Positions 26,140 to 36,209 of a DNA stretch of 37,927 bases are shown here, one piece after another (within the stretch, counting starts at the first letter, position 1; each line of letters opens with the position of its first letter). The notes below the pieces were generated by a model. The model saw only the letters and a program-made list of their open reading frames with translations. It ran no database searches and had not been told where the DNA came from. A program made the translations under genes and the position numbers. Source of the stretch: Candidatus Tenderia sp. (lineage in GTDB: Bacteria > Pseudomonadota > Gammaproteobacteria > Tenderiales > Tenderiaceae); NCBI GenBank assembly GCA_043779675.1, contig JAYWDX010000188.1:1-37927 (forward strand), read 5' to 3'.

Positions 26140-26952
26140 ATGGTTACATCGAAGAAAAGTCAAACATCCCCTTTGCGACATTTAAAGCCAGTATTTCTGG
26201 TGGCGCTTTTTATTGCCTCCAGTGCGATTGTGATTGTTTTCAGCCAGTCAGGCATGACGGTCAGTGGCGCGGCTCTGGCCCTGAGTGATGATCCAGCAGC
26301 CTGTGGCGTGGCGACTCAAGATGCCAGGGAGCTTAGCCACTATAATCGTACAAACTTTACTGCCGCTGCCCCCCAGTCTGCCCGCGACAACCCGCTTTTC
26401 TGGGATCCGTTGGCCAAGACCTGGTTAACGCCGGAACAGATGAGTCTGTTGCAGTTGGCATATGAGGTCGGTTTTAAAGACGGTGGCCACGAACATGCTG
26501 AGCTGGTGCAGGCGATTCTGATGCAGGAGACTATCGCCGGTCTGTTGGGACGTATGGGCCACATGACGGCCCCTATCGGTAAACGCTCCTATGGCGTGAT
26601 GCAGGTGAAGGTGACGGCGACGCGGGATGTACTGACCGAGTACAGCGAATTGGGCGTGCTCCGGGCTGATGAAGAGATCATTGCCCGGTTGCTCTCTGAT
26701 GATGAGTTCAATATCCGTATTGCCTCAAAGTTCCTGCTGCAACTGAGTGCCAAGGTGAAGACGATGGACCGCGCCCTGGTCGCCTATAATGTTGGTCTGA
26801 GTGGTTCGCGCAGTGTCTCCGAACCGCGCCAATTCAAATATGTGGTGGCGGCGCGTGGTTATCTGCACGAGGTGGTCAGACCCTTCAACCACCGTTTTGG
26901 TGGCGATGTCCTGCGGTTAGCCACCATTAATCAGGGTATTTCCGGTTCATAA
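26140..26952 (+). CDS. Membrane-anchored SLT-domain lytic transglycosylase-like protein
   Basis: N-terminal TM helix. Family-1 transglycosylase motifs include ILMQETIAG (catalytic Glu context), YGVMQV and VAYNVG. Confidence 0.75.
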   Translation: MVTSKKSQTSPLRHLKPVFLVALFIASSAIVIVFSQSGMTVSGAALALSDDPAACGVATQDARELSHYNRTNFTAAAPQSARDNPLFWDPLAKTWLTPEQMSLLQLAYEVGFKDGGHEHAELVQAILMQETIAGLLGRMGHMTAPIGKRSYGVMQVKVTATRDVLTEYSELGVLRADEEIIARLLSDDEFNIRIASKFLLQLSAKVKTMDRALVAYNVGLSGSRSVSEPRQFKYVVAARGYLHEVVRPFNHRFGGDVLRLATINQGISGS

Positions 26953-27562
26953 GCTGCTTCGCTTCTTCTCGGTTGAGCGTTTTCCAGGGCTGCGGGATTA
27001 GCCCTGGAACTCGCCTGATGTACTCCTCGTAACGTTTGCCGTACTCGTCAATCAGACGCTGCTCCTCAAGGCGTGAGCCGATCACAAAGTAACCGCTGAT
27101 CAGCGTGGTAGTGAGCAGTTGCGCCAGATCCATGTCGCGGCACCAGATCAATACCAGGGCGCAGCTATACCAGGGGTGGCGTACGTAGCGGTGTGGTGGT
27201 GAGATCACCAGCCGCCTCTCCGCTACATCGGTTTTGCCATCACGACAGGCGCGCCAGCCACTGAATTCACCCAGGTCGTAATAGCGTAGTGTCCAGAGAA
27301 AACAGGCGAGGGCGGCCAGATTCATAAATCCGGCCAGCCATGTCCAGGGTGGTAGCCACTGGATCACCATTGGTCCTTTATATAAAGTGTGCAACCAGAT
27401 CAACGGCAGCAGAGTGATCAGGGCAATCAGGTTGTAGCTCAGCCGATAGCAGTTCTGCCCTGTAAATTTCCCCTTTAGTGCCTGACTGGCCATTAACGAA
27501 TGCAGCAGAAAATAGCCGCCCCAGCCGCCGACGATCAATATCAGAACAGTGGTGTTACTCAT
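26927..27562 (-). CDS. Membrane methyltransferase family protein (ICMT/PEMT/NnrU-like)
   Basis: The 211-aa polytopic protein has the C-terminal RYVRHPWY...EEQRLIDEYGKRYEEYIRRVP signature. Its 3' end overlaps the convergent SLT gene by 26 nt. Confidence 0.75.
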   Translation of the reverse strand: MSNTTVLILIVGGWGGYFLLHSLMASQALKGKFTGQNCYRLSYNLIALITLLPLIWLHTLYKGPMVIQWLPPWTWLAGFMNLAALACFLWTLRYYDLGEFSGWRACRDGKTDVAERRLVISPPHRYVRHPWYSCALVLIWCRDMDLAQLLTTTLISGYFVIGSRLEEQRLIDEYGKRYEEYIRRVPGLIPQPWKTLNREEAKQLMNRKYPD

Positions 27563-27588
27563 TTCAATTCCAATTGCAAAACTCAGAC

Positions 27589-28293
27589 ATGAAATATTCT
27601 AGCCCACTTCAACGTGTCACCTTGATCAAACGTTATAAACGTTTTCTGGGGGATGTGATCCTGGCGGACGGTAGTGAAATCACCGTGCATACCCCTAATA
27701 CCGGCAGCATGCTGGGATGCGCTGAGCCAGGCAGCCGGGTCTGGATTCGTGACACCGCCAGTGAAACACGTAAATACCGCTACAGCTGGGAGCTGAGTGA
27801 ACTGGCGTCTGGCGGGCTGGTGGGGGTGAATACTGGCCTGGCCAACCAGCTGGTGGTGGAGTCGATCCGCAATGGTGTGGTGGCAACACTTGGTGACTAT
27901 GCAGAGCTGCGCACCGAGGTCTGTTATGGGCAGGAGCGCAGTCGCATCGACATCCTGCTTGAGAGTGCCAATGCGCCCCCCTGTTATGTCGAGGTGAAAA
28001 ATGTCACGGCGCGCAGCGGCGATCATGCAATCTTCCCCGATGCGGTGACAGCGCGGGGCACAAAACATCTACGTGAGTTGATGCGGATGGTGAAGGAGGG
28101 GGCGCGCGGGGTGATATTTTTCTGTGTACAGCGCGAGGATGTAACGCTTTTTCGCCCGGCCCACGAGATCGATGCTGTTTATGCCGAGACCTTGAAGCAG
28201 GCGGTCGCCGCCGGGGTGGAGGCGTTAGCCTGGCGCGCCACCATCACTCCGGTTGAGGTGGTGTTGTCGCAGCCGCTGCCGCTGGAGTTTTAG
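27589..28293 (+). CDS. sfsA: Sugar fermentation stimulation protein SfsA family (DNA-binding/nuclease-like)
   Basis: MKYSSPLQRVTLIKRYKRFLGDV...VHTPNTGSM...EVK...TKHL matches SfsA. The ORF-track start at 27478 is an upstream extension that overlaps the divergent gene. Confidence 0.9.
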   Translation: MKYSSPLQRVTLIKRYKRFLGDVILADGSEITVHTPNTGSMLGCAEPGSRVWIRDTASETRKYRYSWELSELASGGLVGVNTGLANQLVVESIRNGVVATLGDYAELRTEVCYGQERSRIDILLESANAPPCYVEVKNVTARSGDHAIFPDAVTARGTKHLRELMRMVKEGARGVIFFCVQREDVTLFRPAHEIDAVYAETLKQAVAAGVEALAWRATITPVEVVLSQPLPLEF

Positions 28294-28960
28294 GCGCTGA
28301 TTTTTCACTACTCTTGTAATAACTGATCTTCTCTGGCGCGATGGCACCACCGGATATGATGAAGGTCATCGCCTCTTCCATAGTCCAGTCGGTGGAGATC
28401 AGATTCTCCACCGGCACAATCTCCAGATACCCCGAGGTGGGGTTGGGGGTGGTGGGGACGTAGACTGCTGCCAGCTCCTGGCCAGTGTGTTCATCTTTTA
28501 AAACCCGTGTGACAAAACCAACGGTTTTCATGTGCTGTGATGGAAATTCGATCAGCACCACCCGGTGCAGATTGTCCGGTTTCTGCTGCAACACTGTGAG
28601 TAGCTTTTTGGTAGAGCCGTAGATGGTCTGTAACAGTGGAATTTTGTTGATGACGATATCCATTACCGCCAGCACCCTGATGCCGATGACATGCGAGGCA
28701 AACCACCCCAGCAGGTAGAGAGCCATGAGTGTAATCACCACCGCCATAATCTGTTGAAACCAAGGCTCCAGCAGCCAGTTGCCCACTTCAGGCAGGAAAT
28801 GGCCAATCCTTTCGGAGATGGCGATGACCCACGGCAGTCCGGCACTGGAGAGCTGGGTGAAGATAAAATTGAAGACCAGCCACGTAATCCAGATCGGGAT
28901 TGCGGTGATGACGCCCGCAATCAGGTAGCGCTGCATGTGAGGGACCAGACGCTTTTTCAA
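28244..28960 (-). CDS. DUF502 family membrane protein
   Basis: The 238-aa ORF has 3-4 TM helices and a DUF502-like core (IPLLQTIYGSTKKLL...GFVT...VYVPTTPNPTSGYL). It lies 12 nt downstream of nhaA, and its Ala/Pro-rich tail overlaps the sfsA 3' end by 50 nt. Confidence 0.8.
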   Translation of the reverse strand: MKKRLVPHMQRYLIAGVITAIPIWITWLVFNFIFTQLSSAGLPWVIAISERIGHFLPEVGNWLLEPWFQQIMAVVITLMALYLLGWFASHVIGIRVLAVMDIVINKIPLLQTIYGSTKKLLTVLQQKPDNLHRVVLIEFPSQHMKTVGFVTRVLKDEHTGQELAAVYVPTTPNPTSGYLEIVPVENLISTDWTMEEAMTFIISGGAIAPEKISYYKSSEKSAPKTPAAAAATTPPQPE

Positions 28961-28972
28961 TTGAATACAATC

Positions 28973-30349
28973 CTATTTACTGTGGGAGGCTTCATTTGAC
29001 GCCAGGTAGAGCCAGATGTAGCCGATAATTCCAGCTATTAGCGAGGCGAAGAGGATACCGGTTTTGGCCATCAGAAGATATTGCTCCTGACCGACAAATG
29101 CCAGCTCGGCGATGAAAATCGACATGGTGAAACCGATCCCAGCCACCACGCTGACACCAGCCAACTGGTTGAAGGAGACCCCCTGCGGCAGCCTGCCGAT
29201 CCCCAGCTTGATGGCGAGAAAACAGAAACCGGTGATGCCCAGGAATTTGCCAAATAGCAGACCGGCCATGACGCCAAGGGTGACGGGATGGAGCAGAGTT
29301 TCGCCGATCCCTGCAAGCTCGATAGGGATGCCAGCATTGGCAAGGGCAAAGATCGGGATGATGATAAAGGCCACTGGCATATGCAGTTTGTGCTCAAGCC
29401 GTTGCAGTGGCGTCTCCATTGAATGCACGCCGTTCTCAAAGGTTTGCAGAATTGATAGTTGCTTTTCATTGCGCATGATGCTGACGCCGGGGCGGTGGTT
29501 AGCATCAAATTTATCAAGCAACTTGCGCATGTTTCCACTGAACTGTTGCGGCTCAAAGAGCGATCGTGCCGGGATGGTTAGCGCGGTCAGTACTCCGGCG
29601 AGGGTTGCATGTACGCCTGATTTGAGCAGCGCCAGCCATAACAGCAGGCCGAGTATGAAGTAGGGCAGTGATTTTCGGATGCCAAGCAGGTTCATGATGA
29701 TTAGTGCCATAAAGGTCAGCAGTCCCAATAACAGCGCTGTGGGTTCTATTGTTTCGGTGTAGAAAATGGCAATGACCAGCAGCGCCCCAAGGTCGTCGAC
29801 AATGGCTAACGCCAGTAAAAATATGAGCAACGCCTTGGGGGCGCGGCTGCCAAGCAGTGCCAGGGCGCCGACGGCGAAGGCGATGTCGGTGGCCATGGGA
29901 ATGCCCCAACCACTACCGCTATCACCGCCCAGATTGAAGGCCGTAAATATGAGTGCGGGGACAATCATGCCGCCAATCGCGGCGATGATCGGCAATGATG
30001 CTTTGCGGATGTCAGAGAGTTCGCCCACGATCACTTCGCGTTTGATCTCCAGCCCCACCACAAAAAAGAACAGCGCCATCAGACCATCGTTGATCCAGTG
30101 GTGGATGCTTTTTTCCAAAGTCCAGTCGCCGATGCCAATCGAGACTGAGGTGTGCAACAGATGCTGATAGGCGTCATAAAAGCCGAAGTTGGCCACGGCC
30201 AGGGCGAGGATGGTGCAGACCAGCAGCAGCAGGCCACTGGTGGTCTCGCGACGGATAAACTCATCGAAGGGGGTGATGATCTTCTTGAAGGCCTTTTCCA
30301 GCACGGTTGTATTGCTTGTGGCTGGTGGCATCTGCCCATCGTGTTGCAT
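28973..30349 (-). CDS. nhaA: Na+/H+ antiporter NhaA
   Basis: The 458-aa ORF has NhaA signatures (WINDGLMALFFFVVGLEIKRE, AIVDDLGA with the DD pair). Confidence 0.92.
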   Translation of the reverse strand: MQHDGQMPPATSNTTVLEKAFKKIITPFDEFIRRETTSGLLLLVCTILALAVANFGFYDAYQHLLHTSVSIGIGDWTLEKSIHHWINDGLMALFFFVVGLEIKREVIVGELSDIRKASLPIIAAIGGMIVPALIFTAFNLGGDSGSGWGIPMATDIAFAVGALALLGSRAPKALLIFLLALAIVDDLGALLVIAIFYTETIEPTALLLGLLTFMALIIMNLLGIRKSLPYFILGLLLWLALLKSGVHATLAGVLTALTIPARSLFEPQQFSGNMRKLLDKFDANHRPGVSIMRNEKQLSILQTFENGVHSMETPLQRLEHKLHMPVAFIIIPIFALANAGIPIELAGIGETLLHPVTLGVMAGLLFGKFLGITGFCFLAIKLGIGRLPQGVSFNQLAGVSVVAGIGFTMSIFIAELAFVGQEQYLLMAKTGILFASLIAGIIGYIWLYLASNEASHSK

Positions 30350-30621
30350 TGTTTTTTTTCCTGTCTATTTAAACTGAATTCTAACGGTTGCCTGGCTATT
30401 GGTAAAAGGTATTTTCTTTTTAAACCGCCCTGCGTGGCGATGTTTTGAGTGGTGGCTTATAACCTCCAGCCGTTCTGTGCGAACGCAGTGTGTCAGCATC
30501 TTAAAGGCATCGTTTTTTCGGCGCGTTGCTTAATATCCTGTTGTTTGGCCATACCCCTTGCCCTTGGTGTAAAATGGCGCCCTTTAATGAGTCCGGCAGC
30601 AATCAACAGTAGGGAGCAGTT

Positions 30622-31233
30622 ATGACGACGGTGGCAACAAATATCCATTGGCATGCAGGAGTTGTGGGGCGTCAAGAGCGCCAGAAGCTCAATGGCCACA
30701 AGAGCGCCATTCTCTGGTTCACTGGTCTCTCGGGGGCGGGTAAATCGACTCTGGCGAATGCGGTTGAAGAGAAACTCTATCAGCTAGGCCATCGCACCTT
30801 CGTGCTGGATGGTGACAATATCCGCCACGGCCTGTGTAAGGATCTGGGTTTCTCCGACAAGGATCGTACCGAAAATATTCGTCGTATCGGTGAGGTGGCC
30901 AAACTTTTTGTTGATGGTGGCACGCTGGCGCTAACGGCGTTTATCTCGCCCTTCCGTACAGACCGCGATACCGTGCGTGTGTTGGTGGCCGAGGGTGATT
31001 TTATCGAGATCTACTGCAAGTGTGACCTCTCGGTGTGTGAAGAGCGTGATGTCAAGGGACTGTATAAAAAGGCCCGTGCTGGTGAGATCCCACACTTCAC
31101 TGGTATCTCCTCTCCCTATGAAGAGCCACTGAATGCCGAGATTGTGGTGAGCACTGATACGCAGCTGATCGAGGAGAGTGTCGCCCAGGTGATTGCCGCC
31201 TTGCAGGCGCGTAACATCATCCCAACTCTCTAA
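30622..31233 (+). CDS. cysC: Adenylyl-sulfate (APS) kinase
   Basis: P-loop GLSGAGKST and the motifs [10 protein letters not shown] and FISPF. RBS GGGAG. Confidence 0.93.
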   Translation: MTTVATNIHWHAGVVGRQERQKLNGHKSAILWFTGLSGAGKSTLANAVEEKLYQLGHRTFVLDGDNIRHGLCKDLGFSDKDRTENIRRIGEVAKLFVDGGTLALTAFISPFRTDRDTVRVLVAEGDFIEIYCKCDLSVCEERDVKGLYKKARAGEIPHFTGISSPYEEPLNAEIVVSTDTQLIEESVAQVIAALQARNIIPTL

Positions 31234-31298
31234 TTCAGCCCTGGTGGGCCTGATCGTTTGATCGGGTCTACTCACAAAACTCAAAGAATCCCCCAATT

Positions 31299-32315
31299 AT
31301 GCACGGTCTCTATCCCCTGATCAGACCCCTAGTCTTCTGCTTTGATGCGGAGTTCGCTCACCATCTCACGCTGAGTGCACTAAAAAGTGCCTACAAGATG
31401 GGATTGCTGAAGGCACCTGTCACCCCAGCGACGCCGGGTGTCGAGGTGATGGGATTGTTGTTTCCCTCGGTGGTGGGGCTGGCTGCTGGGCTGGATAAAA
31501 ACGGTGATTACATTGATGCACTCGGCGCGCTCGGTTTTGGTTTTATCGAGGTGGGTACGGTGACACCTCGACCACAGTCGGGCAATCCCAAGCCGCGCCT
31601 GTTCCGTATCCCCGAGGCTCAGGCGATCATTAATCGCATGGGTTTTAATAACCTTGGTGTTGATCATCTGATTGATCAGGTTAATAGTTGTCGCTACAAA
31701 GGCATCATCGGCATCAATATAGGCAAAAATTTTGATACGCCGATCGAACGTGCCGTGGATGACTATCTGATCGGACTCGACAAGGTCTACCCGTTTGCCA
31801 GTTATATCACCGTCAACATATCCTCACCCAACACCGCCAATCTGCGTGATCTGCAATCAAAAGATCAACTCGCGGGGCTGCTGGGGCCATTAAAAGAGCG
31901 CCAGCAGCAGTTGCAACAGCAATACCAGAAACATGTGCCGCTGGTATTGAAGATTGCACCCGATATGGATGAGGCAACATTGGCGGCCATGGCGGAGACG
32001 CTGTTGGCATACGAGGTCGACGGTGTCATCGCCACCAATACCACGCTGTCACGTCAGGGGGTGGAGAAGAGCCGCCACGGCAACGAGCAGGGCGGTTTGA
32101 GTGGTGCGCCGTTGACGCTGCGTTCAACAGCGGTAGTCAAAACGTTGTATCAGCAGCTGGGTGACAAGGTGCCGATCATCGCGGCGGGTGGCATCATGTC
32201 TGGCGCGGATGCCCAAGCCAAACTCGATGCGGGCGCCAAGCTGGTGCAGCTCTACAGTGGACTCATCTATAAAGGGCCACAGTTGGTGCAAGAGGTCGCC
32301 AGGCGTTGCCAATGA
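31299..32315 (+). CDS. pyrD: Dihydroorotate dehydrogenase (quinone), class 2
   Basis: The 338-aa ORF has [27 protein letters not shown] and ATNTT motifs. Confidence 0.95.
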   Translation: MHGLYPLIRPLVFCFDAEFAHHLTLSALKSAYKMGLLKAPVTPATPGVEVMGLLFPSVVGLAAGLDKNGDYIDALGALGFGFIEVGTVTPRPQSGNPKPRLFRIPEAQAIINRMGFNNLGVDHLIDQVNSCRYKGIIGINIGKNFDTPIERAVDDYLIGLDKVYPFASYITVNISSPNTANLRDLQSKDQLAGLLGPLKERQQQLQQQYQKHVPLVLKIAPDMDEATLAAMAETLLAYEVDGVIATNTTLSRQGVEKSRHGNEQGGLSGAPLTLRSTAVVKTLYQQLGDKVPIIAAGGIMSGADAQAKLDAGAKLVQLYSGLIYKGPQLVQEVARRCQ

Positions 32316-33235
32316 CCCCCGCCATTCAAATCGATAATGTACACAAACACTATGGCAAGGTTCACGCCCTGAAGGGCATGTCGCTGACCATCCAGCAGGG
32401 TGAGTTTTTTGGCCTGTTAGGCCCCAACGGTGCCGGCAAATCAACACTGATCAATATCATTGCTGGTCTGACCCGCAAAGACAGTGGCCATGTCGCGGTG
32501 ATGGGACACGACGTGGTAAAGGCCTATCGGCAATCGCGTTATTCCCTTGGCGTAGTACCGCAGGAGTTGGTCTACGATCCATTTTTCAGCGTGCGCGAGT
32601 TGTTGCGGATTCAGGCGGGTTACTTTGGCAAAGGCAGAGAGATTAATCCCTGGATTGATGAGCTGCTAGAAGGGCTTAAACTCACCGACAAGGCGGACGT
32701 CAACATGCAGGCCTTATCCGGTGGCATGAAGCGCCGGGTATTGATTGCCCAGGCACTGGTGCATAAACCGCCAGTGGTGATTCTTGATGAGCCAACCGCC
32801 GGTGTTGATGTCGAGTTGCGCAATTCGTTGTGGCAGTTTGTGCAGGGGCTGCATCGCGAGGGGCATACCATTGTGCTCACCACCCACTATCTGGAGGAGG
32901 CTGAAAATCTCTGCGAACGCATCGCCATCATCAACGATGGGGTTGTGGTGGCGCTTGATACCAAGGTGGCGCTGTTGGAACGTGGCGTGGGCAACACCTG
33001 CAAGGTGGTCATCACACTGGCGCAACCATTGACGCAGTTGCCGACCACGTTGCACACCATGCTCAAAACCCAGGAGAAGAATCGCATCGAATTCACTTTG
33101 CAGCGTGGTAGTGACTCCATCATGGCGCTGATTGACACCCTGGTAACGGCAGGGGCGGAAATCACTGATATTAAAACCGAAGATGCTGATCTTGAAGATG
33201 TCTTTATCGAACTCACACGGGCAGCAAACCCATGA
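32306..33235 (+). CDS. ABC transporter ATP-binding protein (ABC-2 exporter type, YadG-like)
   Basis: Walker [10 protein letters not shown], signature LSGGMKRR and Walker [11 protein letters not shown]. The likelier start is ATG 32312, overlapping the pyrD stop (ATGA). Confidence 0.9.
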   Translation: MPMTPAIQIDNVHKHYGKVHALKGMSLTIQQGEFFGLLGPNGAGKSTLINIIAGLTRKDSGHVAVMGHDVVKAYRQSRYSLGVVPQELVYDPFFSVRELLRIQAGYFGKGREINPWIDELLEGLKLTDKADVNMQALSGGMKRRVLIAQALVHKPPVVILDEPTAGVDVELRNSLWQFVQGLHREGHTIVLTTHYLEEAENLCERIAIINDGVVVALDTKVALLERGVGNTCKVVITLAQPLTQLPTTLHTMLKTQEKNRIEFTLQRGSDSIMALIDTLVTAGAEITDIKTEDADLEDVFIELTRAANP

Positions 33236-33993
33236 ACTGGTTGGGCATGTATACCCTTTTTTATAAAGAACTGCTCCGTTTTGCCAAGGTAATGCTACAG
33301 ACAGTGATGGCGCCAGTAGTGACTGCACTGCTCTACCTGCTGGTCTTCTCCCATGTTCTGGATGAACATGTCAGTGTCTATGAAAATGTTAGTTACACCG
33401 CCTTCCTGATTCCGGGATTGATCATGATGTCGATCCTTCAAAATGCCTTTTCCAATAGCTCTTCGAGCCTGATACAGTCAAAAATGACCGGTAATATAAT
33501 TTTTGTGCTACTGACACCACTCTCCTATCTGGAGTTTTATCTGGCCTTCATGATGGCAGCGATTGTGCGTGGTCTGGCGGTGGGGTTAGGGATCTATTTT
33601 GTGGCCATCTTTTTTGTCGAGCTGCCACTGTATAGTCTCGGCTGGTTGCTGCTGTTTGGCTTTTCCGGCAGCGCGGTGCTTGGAACGGTGGGTATCATCA
33701 CGGGTGTCTGGGCAGAAAAATATGATCACATTGCCGGTATTCAAAACTTCATTGTCGTGCCGCTTTCATTTCTGAGTGGTGTCTTCTATTCCATTCACTC
33801 ACTGCCGGAGTTCTGGCAGCAGTTGTCGCGCTTCAATCCGTTTTTTTACATGATTGATGGGTTTAGATATGGCTTCTTCGGCGTTGCCGATGTTAGTCCA
33901 ATGATTAGCCTGCTGGTGGTGCTGGTTGCCTGGCTGGTTTTGGGCGCTGCCACGTTGATCATGCTTAAATCAGGTTACAAATTACGCGATTGA
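33232..33993 (+). CDS. ABC-2 type transporter permease (YadH-like)
   Basis: The 253-aa, 6-TM protein has an ATGA overlap with the ATPase gene. Confidence 0.85.
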   Translation: MNWLGMYTLFYKELLRFAKVMLQTVMAPVVTALLYLLVFSHVLDEHVSVYENVSYTAFLIPGLIMMSILQNAFSNSSSSLIQSKMTGNIIFVLLTPLSYLEFYLAFMMAAIVRGLAVGLGIYFVAIFFVELPLYSLGWLLLFGFSGSAVLGTVGIITGVWAEKYDHIAGIQNFIVVPLSFLSGVFYSIHSLPEFWQQLSRFNPFFYMIDGFRYGFFGVADVSPMISLLVVLVAWLVLGAATLIMLKSGYKLRD

Positions 33994-34090
33994 TTGCTGC
34001 TTGATAGCGCCAAAGTTTAGGCATATCTTAACGAATGTTTGCGATAGTAACGGTCAAGCAGCGGTTCTCATCAAGGAAAGGGTGAACAAC

Positions 34091-34513
34091 ATGCGTAAAT
34101 TTATCCGTCATCCCTCTGATATCCCCATAGAGTTTTTGATCAAAGAACTGGCGGTCAATGACCGCGAATATCTTAACGATATCAGCTTCGGCGGGCTTTC
34201 ATTTCGCTCCCGGTTGGCGGTTGATGTTGGTGCGGTAATTCTGATAAAAATCCCTTTTCTGACCCCTGAATTTGAATGTCGTGCGGTGGTGAAATGGTGT
34301 CGCAAACGGGGTGGCTCTTTTGACGTGGGGGTGGCGTTTGATGATCAGGAGGAGGCATTTAAGACCCGGATGGTGGAGCAGGTCTGTCACATCGAACATT
34401 ACAAGCGCGAAGTTTATGAGAAGGAGGGGCGGGTACTGACCGGGGAGGAGGCGGCCGTTGAGTGGATCAAACGTTATGCCGCCAGCTTCCCTAATGTTGA
34501 AGTGATACGTTAA
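34091..34513 (+). CDS. PilZ domain protein
   Basis: Starting at MRKFIRHPSD, it has RxxxR (RKFIR) and DxSxxG (NDISFGGLSF) c-di-GMP-binding motifs. RBS AGGAAAGG. The ORF-track start at 34001 is an upstream extension. Confidence 0.75.
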   Translation: MRKFIRHPSDIPIEFLIKELAVNDREYLNDISFGGLSFRSRLAVDVGAVILIKIPFLTPEFECRAVVKWCRKRGGSFDVGVAFDDQEEAFKTRMVEQVCHIEHYKREVYEKEGRVLTGEEAAVEWIKRYAASFPNVEVIR

Positions 34514-34524
34514 GTGGATTCCCC

Positions 34525-34869
34525 CTATGGCATCTCTTCAGCAGGTGCCTCTAATGCAACTTTAATGGCTGCTTCCAACGCCGCCAGTTTGGCCTCACAT
34601 TGCAAGGCGCTGTGGTACTGCCCTTTGTTATAGATAAACAACGCGGGTAGGTGAAAAATATTGAACTCCTCCGTCAGCGCTTGATCCTGGCCAGCATCAA
34701 TCTCGAAGATATGGATATCGGGATGCAGCTTGCTGTAATGCTCCAGTAGTTGTTGCCAGTGGCGGCAGGAGAGGCACTCGCGGCTGGAAAAAAAGACGAT
34801 TGCTGTGCCTGGGGTGTTTTCCAGGGTCTGGTGAAATTCAAATTGTTCGAGCGCGCGTACAGCGGACAT
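34525..34869 (-). CDS. Thioredoxin-like small protein (CxxC = CLSC)
   Basis: The 114-aa ORF has a thioredoxin-fold pattern (AIVFFSSRECLSCRHW...HLPALFIY). Confidence 0.7.
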   Translation of the reverse strand: MSAVRALEQFEFHQTLENTPGTAIVFFSSRECLSCRHWQQLLEHYSKLHPDIHIFEIDAGQDQALTEEFNIFHLPALFIYNKGQYHSALQCEAKLAALEAAIKVALEAPAEEMP

Positions 34870-35158
34870 GGTCAGTTACCTCTCGTAAAAACCGATAAAA
34901 GCCAAGATAGTCCATTTCATTCATGCAAGGCAAGCATTGCTGGCGATGTGCGAGCGAGCGGTGGTTCGGCCTATCTGCTGGACACGGGGACAGGGGAGGA
35001 GACTTCACGATTAATACGTTATGTCAGTAGCCCTTCAACAGGCTCTTAGCTCCTGTTCAATATCGGGACTCATCCATCTATGCGTGGTGCAAACACTGCC
35101 AGCTTGAGATGTACAACTGGCCGCTGCGGATGTGAGCGCGTAGGCTTAGATATGTGTC

Positions 35159-36142
35159 ATGTATTCAACGGAGTCGATGATGAACGCAAGTGTGATCTAC
35201 GCCCTGTTCGCCGCCGCCCTGTTCGGGGCGAGCACCCCGTTTGCCAAGGTGATGGTGGGCGAACTCTCTCCCGTCTTGCTGGCCGGATTGCTCTATCTGG
35301 GCAGCGGCATCGGTCTCTCTGCCGCCCGGCTGATCCGGGATCGAGGCTGGCGCTCATCCCGGCTCGCGCGCTCGGAGTGGCCGTGGCTGTTAGGAGCGAT
35401 CGCCTTCGGCGGCGTGCTGGGGCCGGTCGCGCTGATGTTCGGGTTGACACGGACTGCGGGGACAACCGCCTCCCTGTTGCTGAACCTGGAAGCGGTGCTC
35501 ACGGCAGTGCTGGCCTGGGTGGTCTTCAAGGAGAACGCCGACAGGCGCATCGTGCTCGGCATGGTGGCGATTGTGGCGGGCGGCGTGGTCTTGTCCTGGC
35601 CGAGCGACGAAACTGGACCATCGAACTGGCTCGGACCGCTGATGGTGGCCGCCGCCTGCCTCTGTTGGGCTATCGACAACAACCTGACCCGCAAGGTCTC
35701 TGCCGCCGATGCGCTGTTCATCGCCAGCAGCAAGGGGCTGATCGCTGGCGTGGTCAATACCGGCCTGGCCTTTTATCTGGGGGCGTCGCTGCCGCCGGTG
35801 GCGACGGCCGCAGCGGCGATGGCGGTGGGGCTGTTCGGCTATGGCATCAGTCTGGTGCTGTTTGTACTGGCCCTGCGCGGACTCGGCGCAGCGCGCAGCG
35901 GCGCCTACTTCTCCACGGCCCCCTTCATCGGCGCCGCCGTGGCCATGGCGCTACTCGGCGAATCGACCTCCCCCGCGTTCTGGCTGGCCGCCGCCCTGAT
36001 GGGAGTGGGGGTGTGGTTGCACCTGACCGAACGGCACGAACATGAACATACCCACGAGGCGTCGGGACAGGCCCCGCGCCACGCACCAATCACCCATAGC
36101 CATCCGCATTTTCCGGATATCGATCATCGGCACAGGCATTGA
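35159..36142 (+). CDS. EamA/DMT-family transporter with a His-rich C-terminal tail
   Basis: About ten hydrophobic segments in two EamA-like repeats. The tail reads HLTERHEHEHTHEASGQAPRHAPITHSHPHFPDIDHRHRH. The start may be ATG 35177 or 35180, after GGAG. It is much more GC-rich than its flanks. Confidence 0.85.
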   Translation: MYSTESMMNASVIYALFAAALFGASTPFAKVMVGELSPVLLAGLLYLGSGIGLSAARLIRDRGWRSSRLARSEWPWLLGAIAFGGVLGPVALMFGLTRTAGTTASLLLNLEAVLTAVLAWVVFKENADRRIVLGMVAIVAGGVVLSWPSDETGPSNWLGPLMVAAACLCWAIDNNLTRKVSAADALFIASSKGLIAGVVNTGLAFYLGASLPPVATAAAAMAVGLFGYGISLVLFVLALRGLGAARSGAYFSTAPFIGAAVAMALLGESTSPAFWLAAALMGVGVWLHLTERHEHEHTHEASGQAPRHAPITHSHPHFPDIDHRHRH

Positions 36143-36209
36143 TCCTTATAAGATGACTGGTTAGTAAATAACGCATAACGAACTACCTTGCTACCCACAT
36201 TTAAAATAT

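Noticed and set aside
28244-28293. A 50-nt convergent overlap of sfsA and the DUF502 gene, and a 26-nt overlap of the SLT and methyltransferase genes at 26927-26952, as possible antisense regulation.
   Set aside because: Short 3'-end overlaps of convergent genes are common. The overlapped DUF502 tail is low-complexity (Ala/Pro/Thr), so there is no specific signal beyond the overlap itself.
30350-30621. A 272-bp nhaA/cysC divergent spacer, and the 68-aa ORF at 30493-30699, as a possible sRNA, riboswitch or small gene.
   Set aside because: I could find no convincing conserved-looking structure, promoter/terminator pair or RBS. The ORF overlaps the cysC start and looks spurious.
35080-36045. 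A 321-aa ORF, plus a 154-aa minus-strand ORF at 35293-35757, overlapping the EamA gene.
   Set aside because: Their Arg/Gly/Ala-rich translations are characteristic of off-frame reading in very GC-rich DNA. The EamA frame gives a coherent roughly 10-TM transporter.
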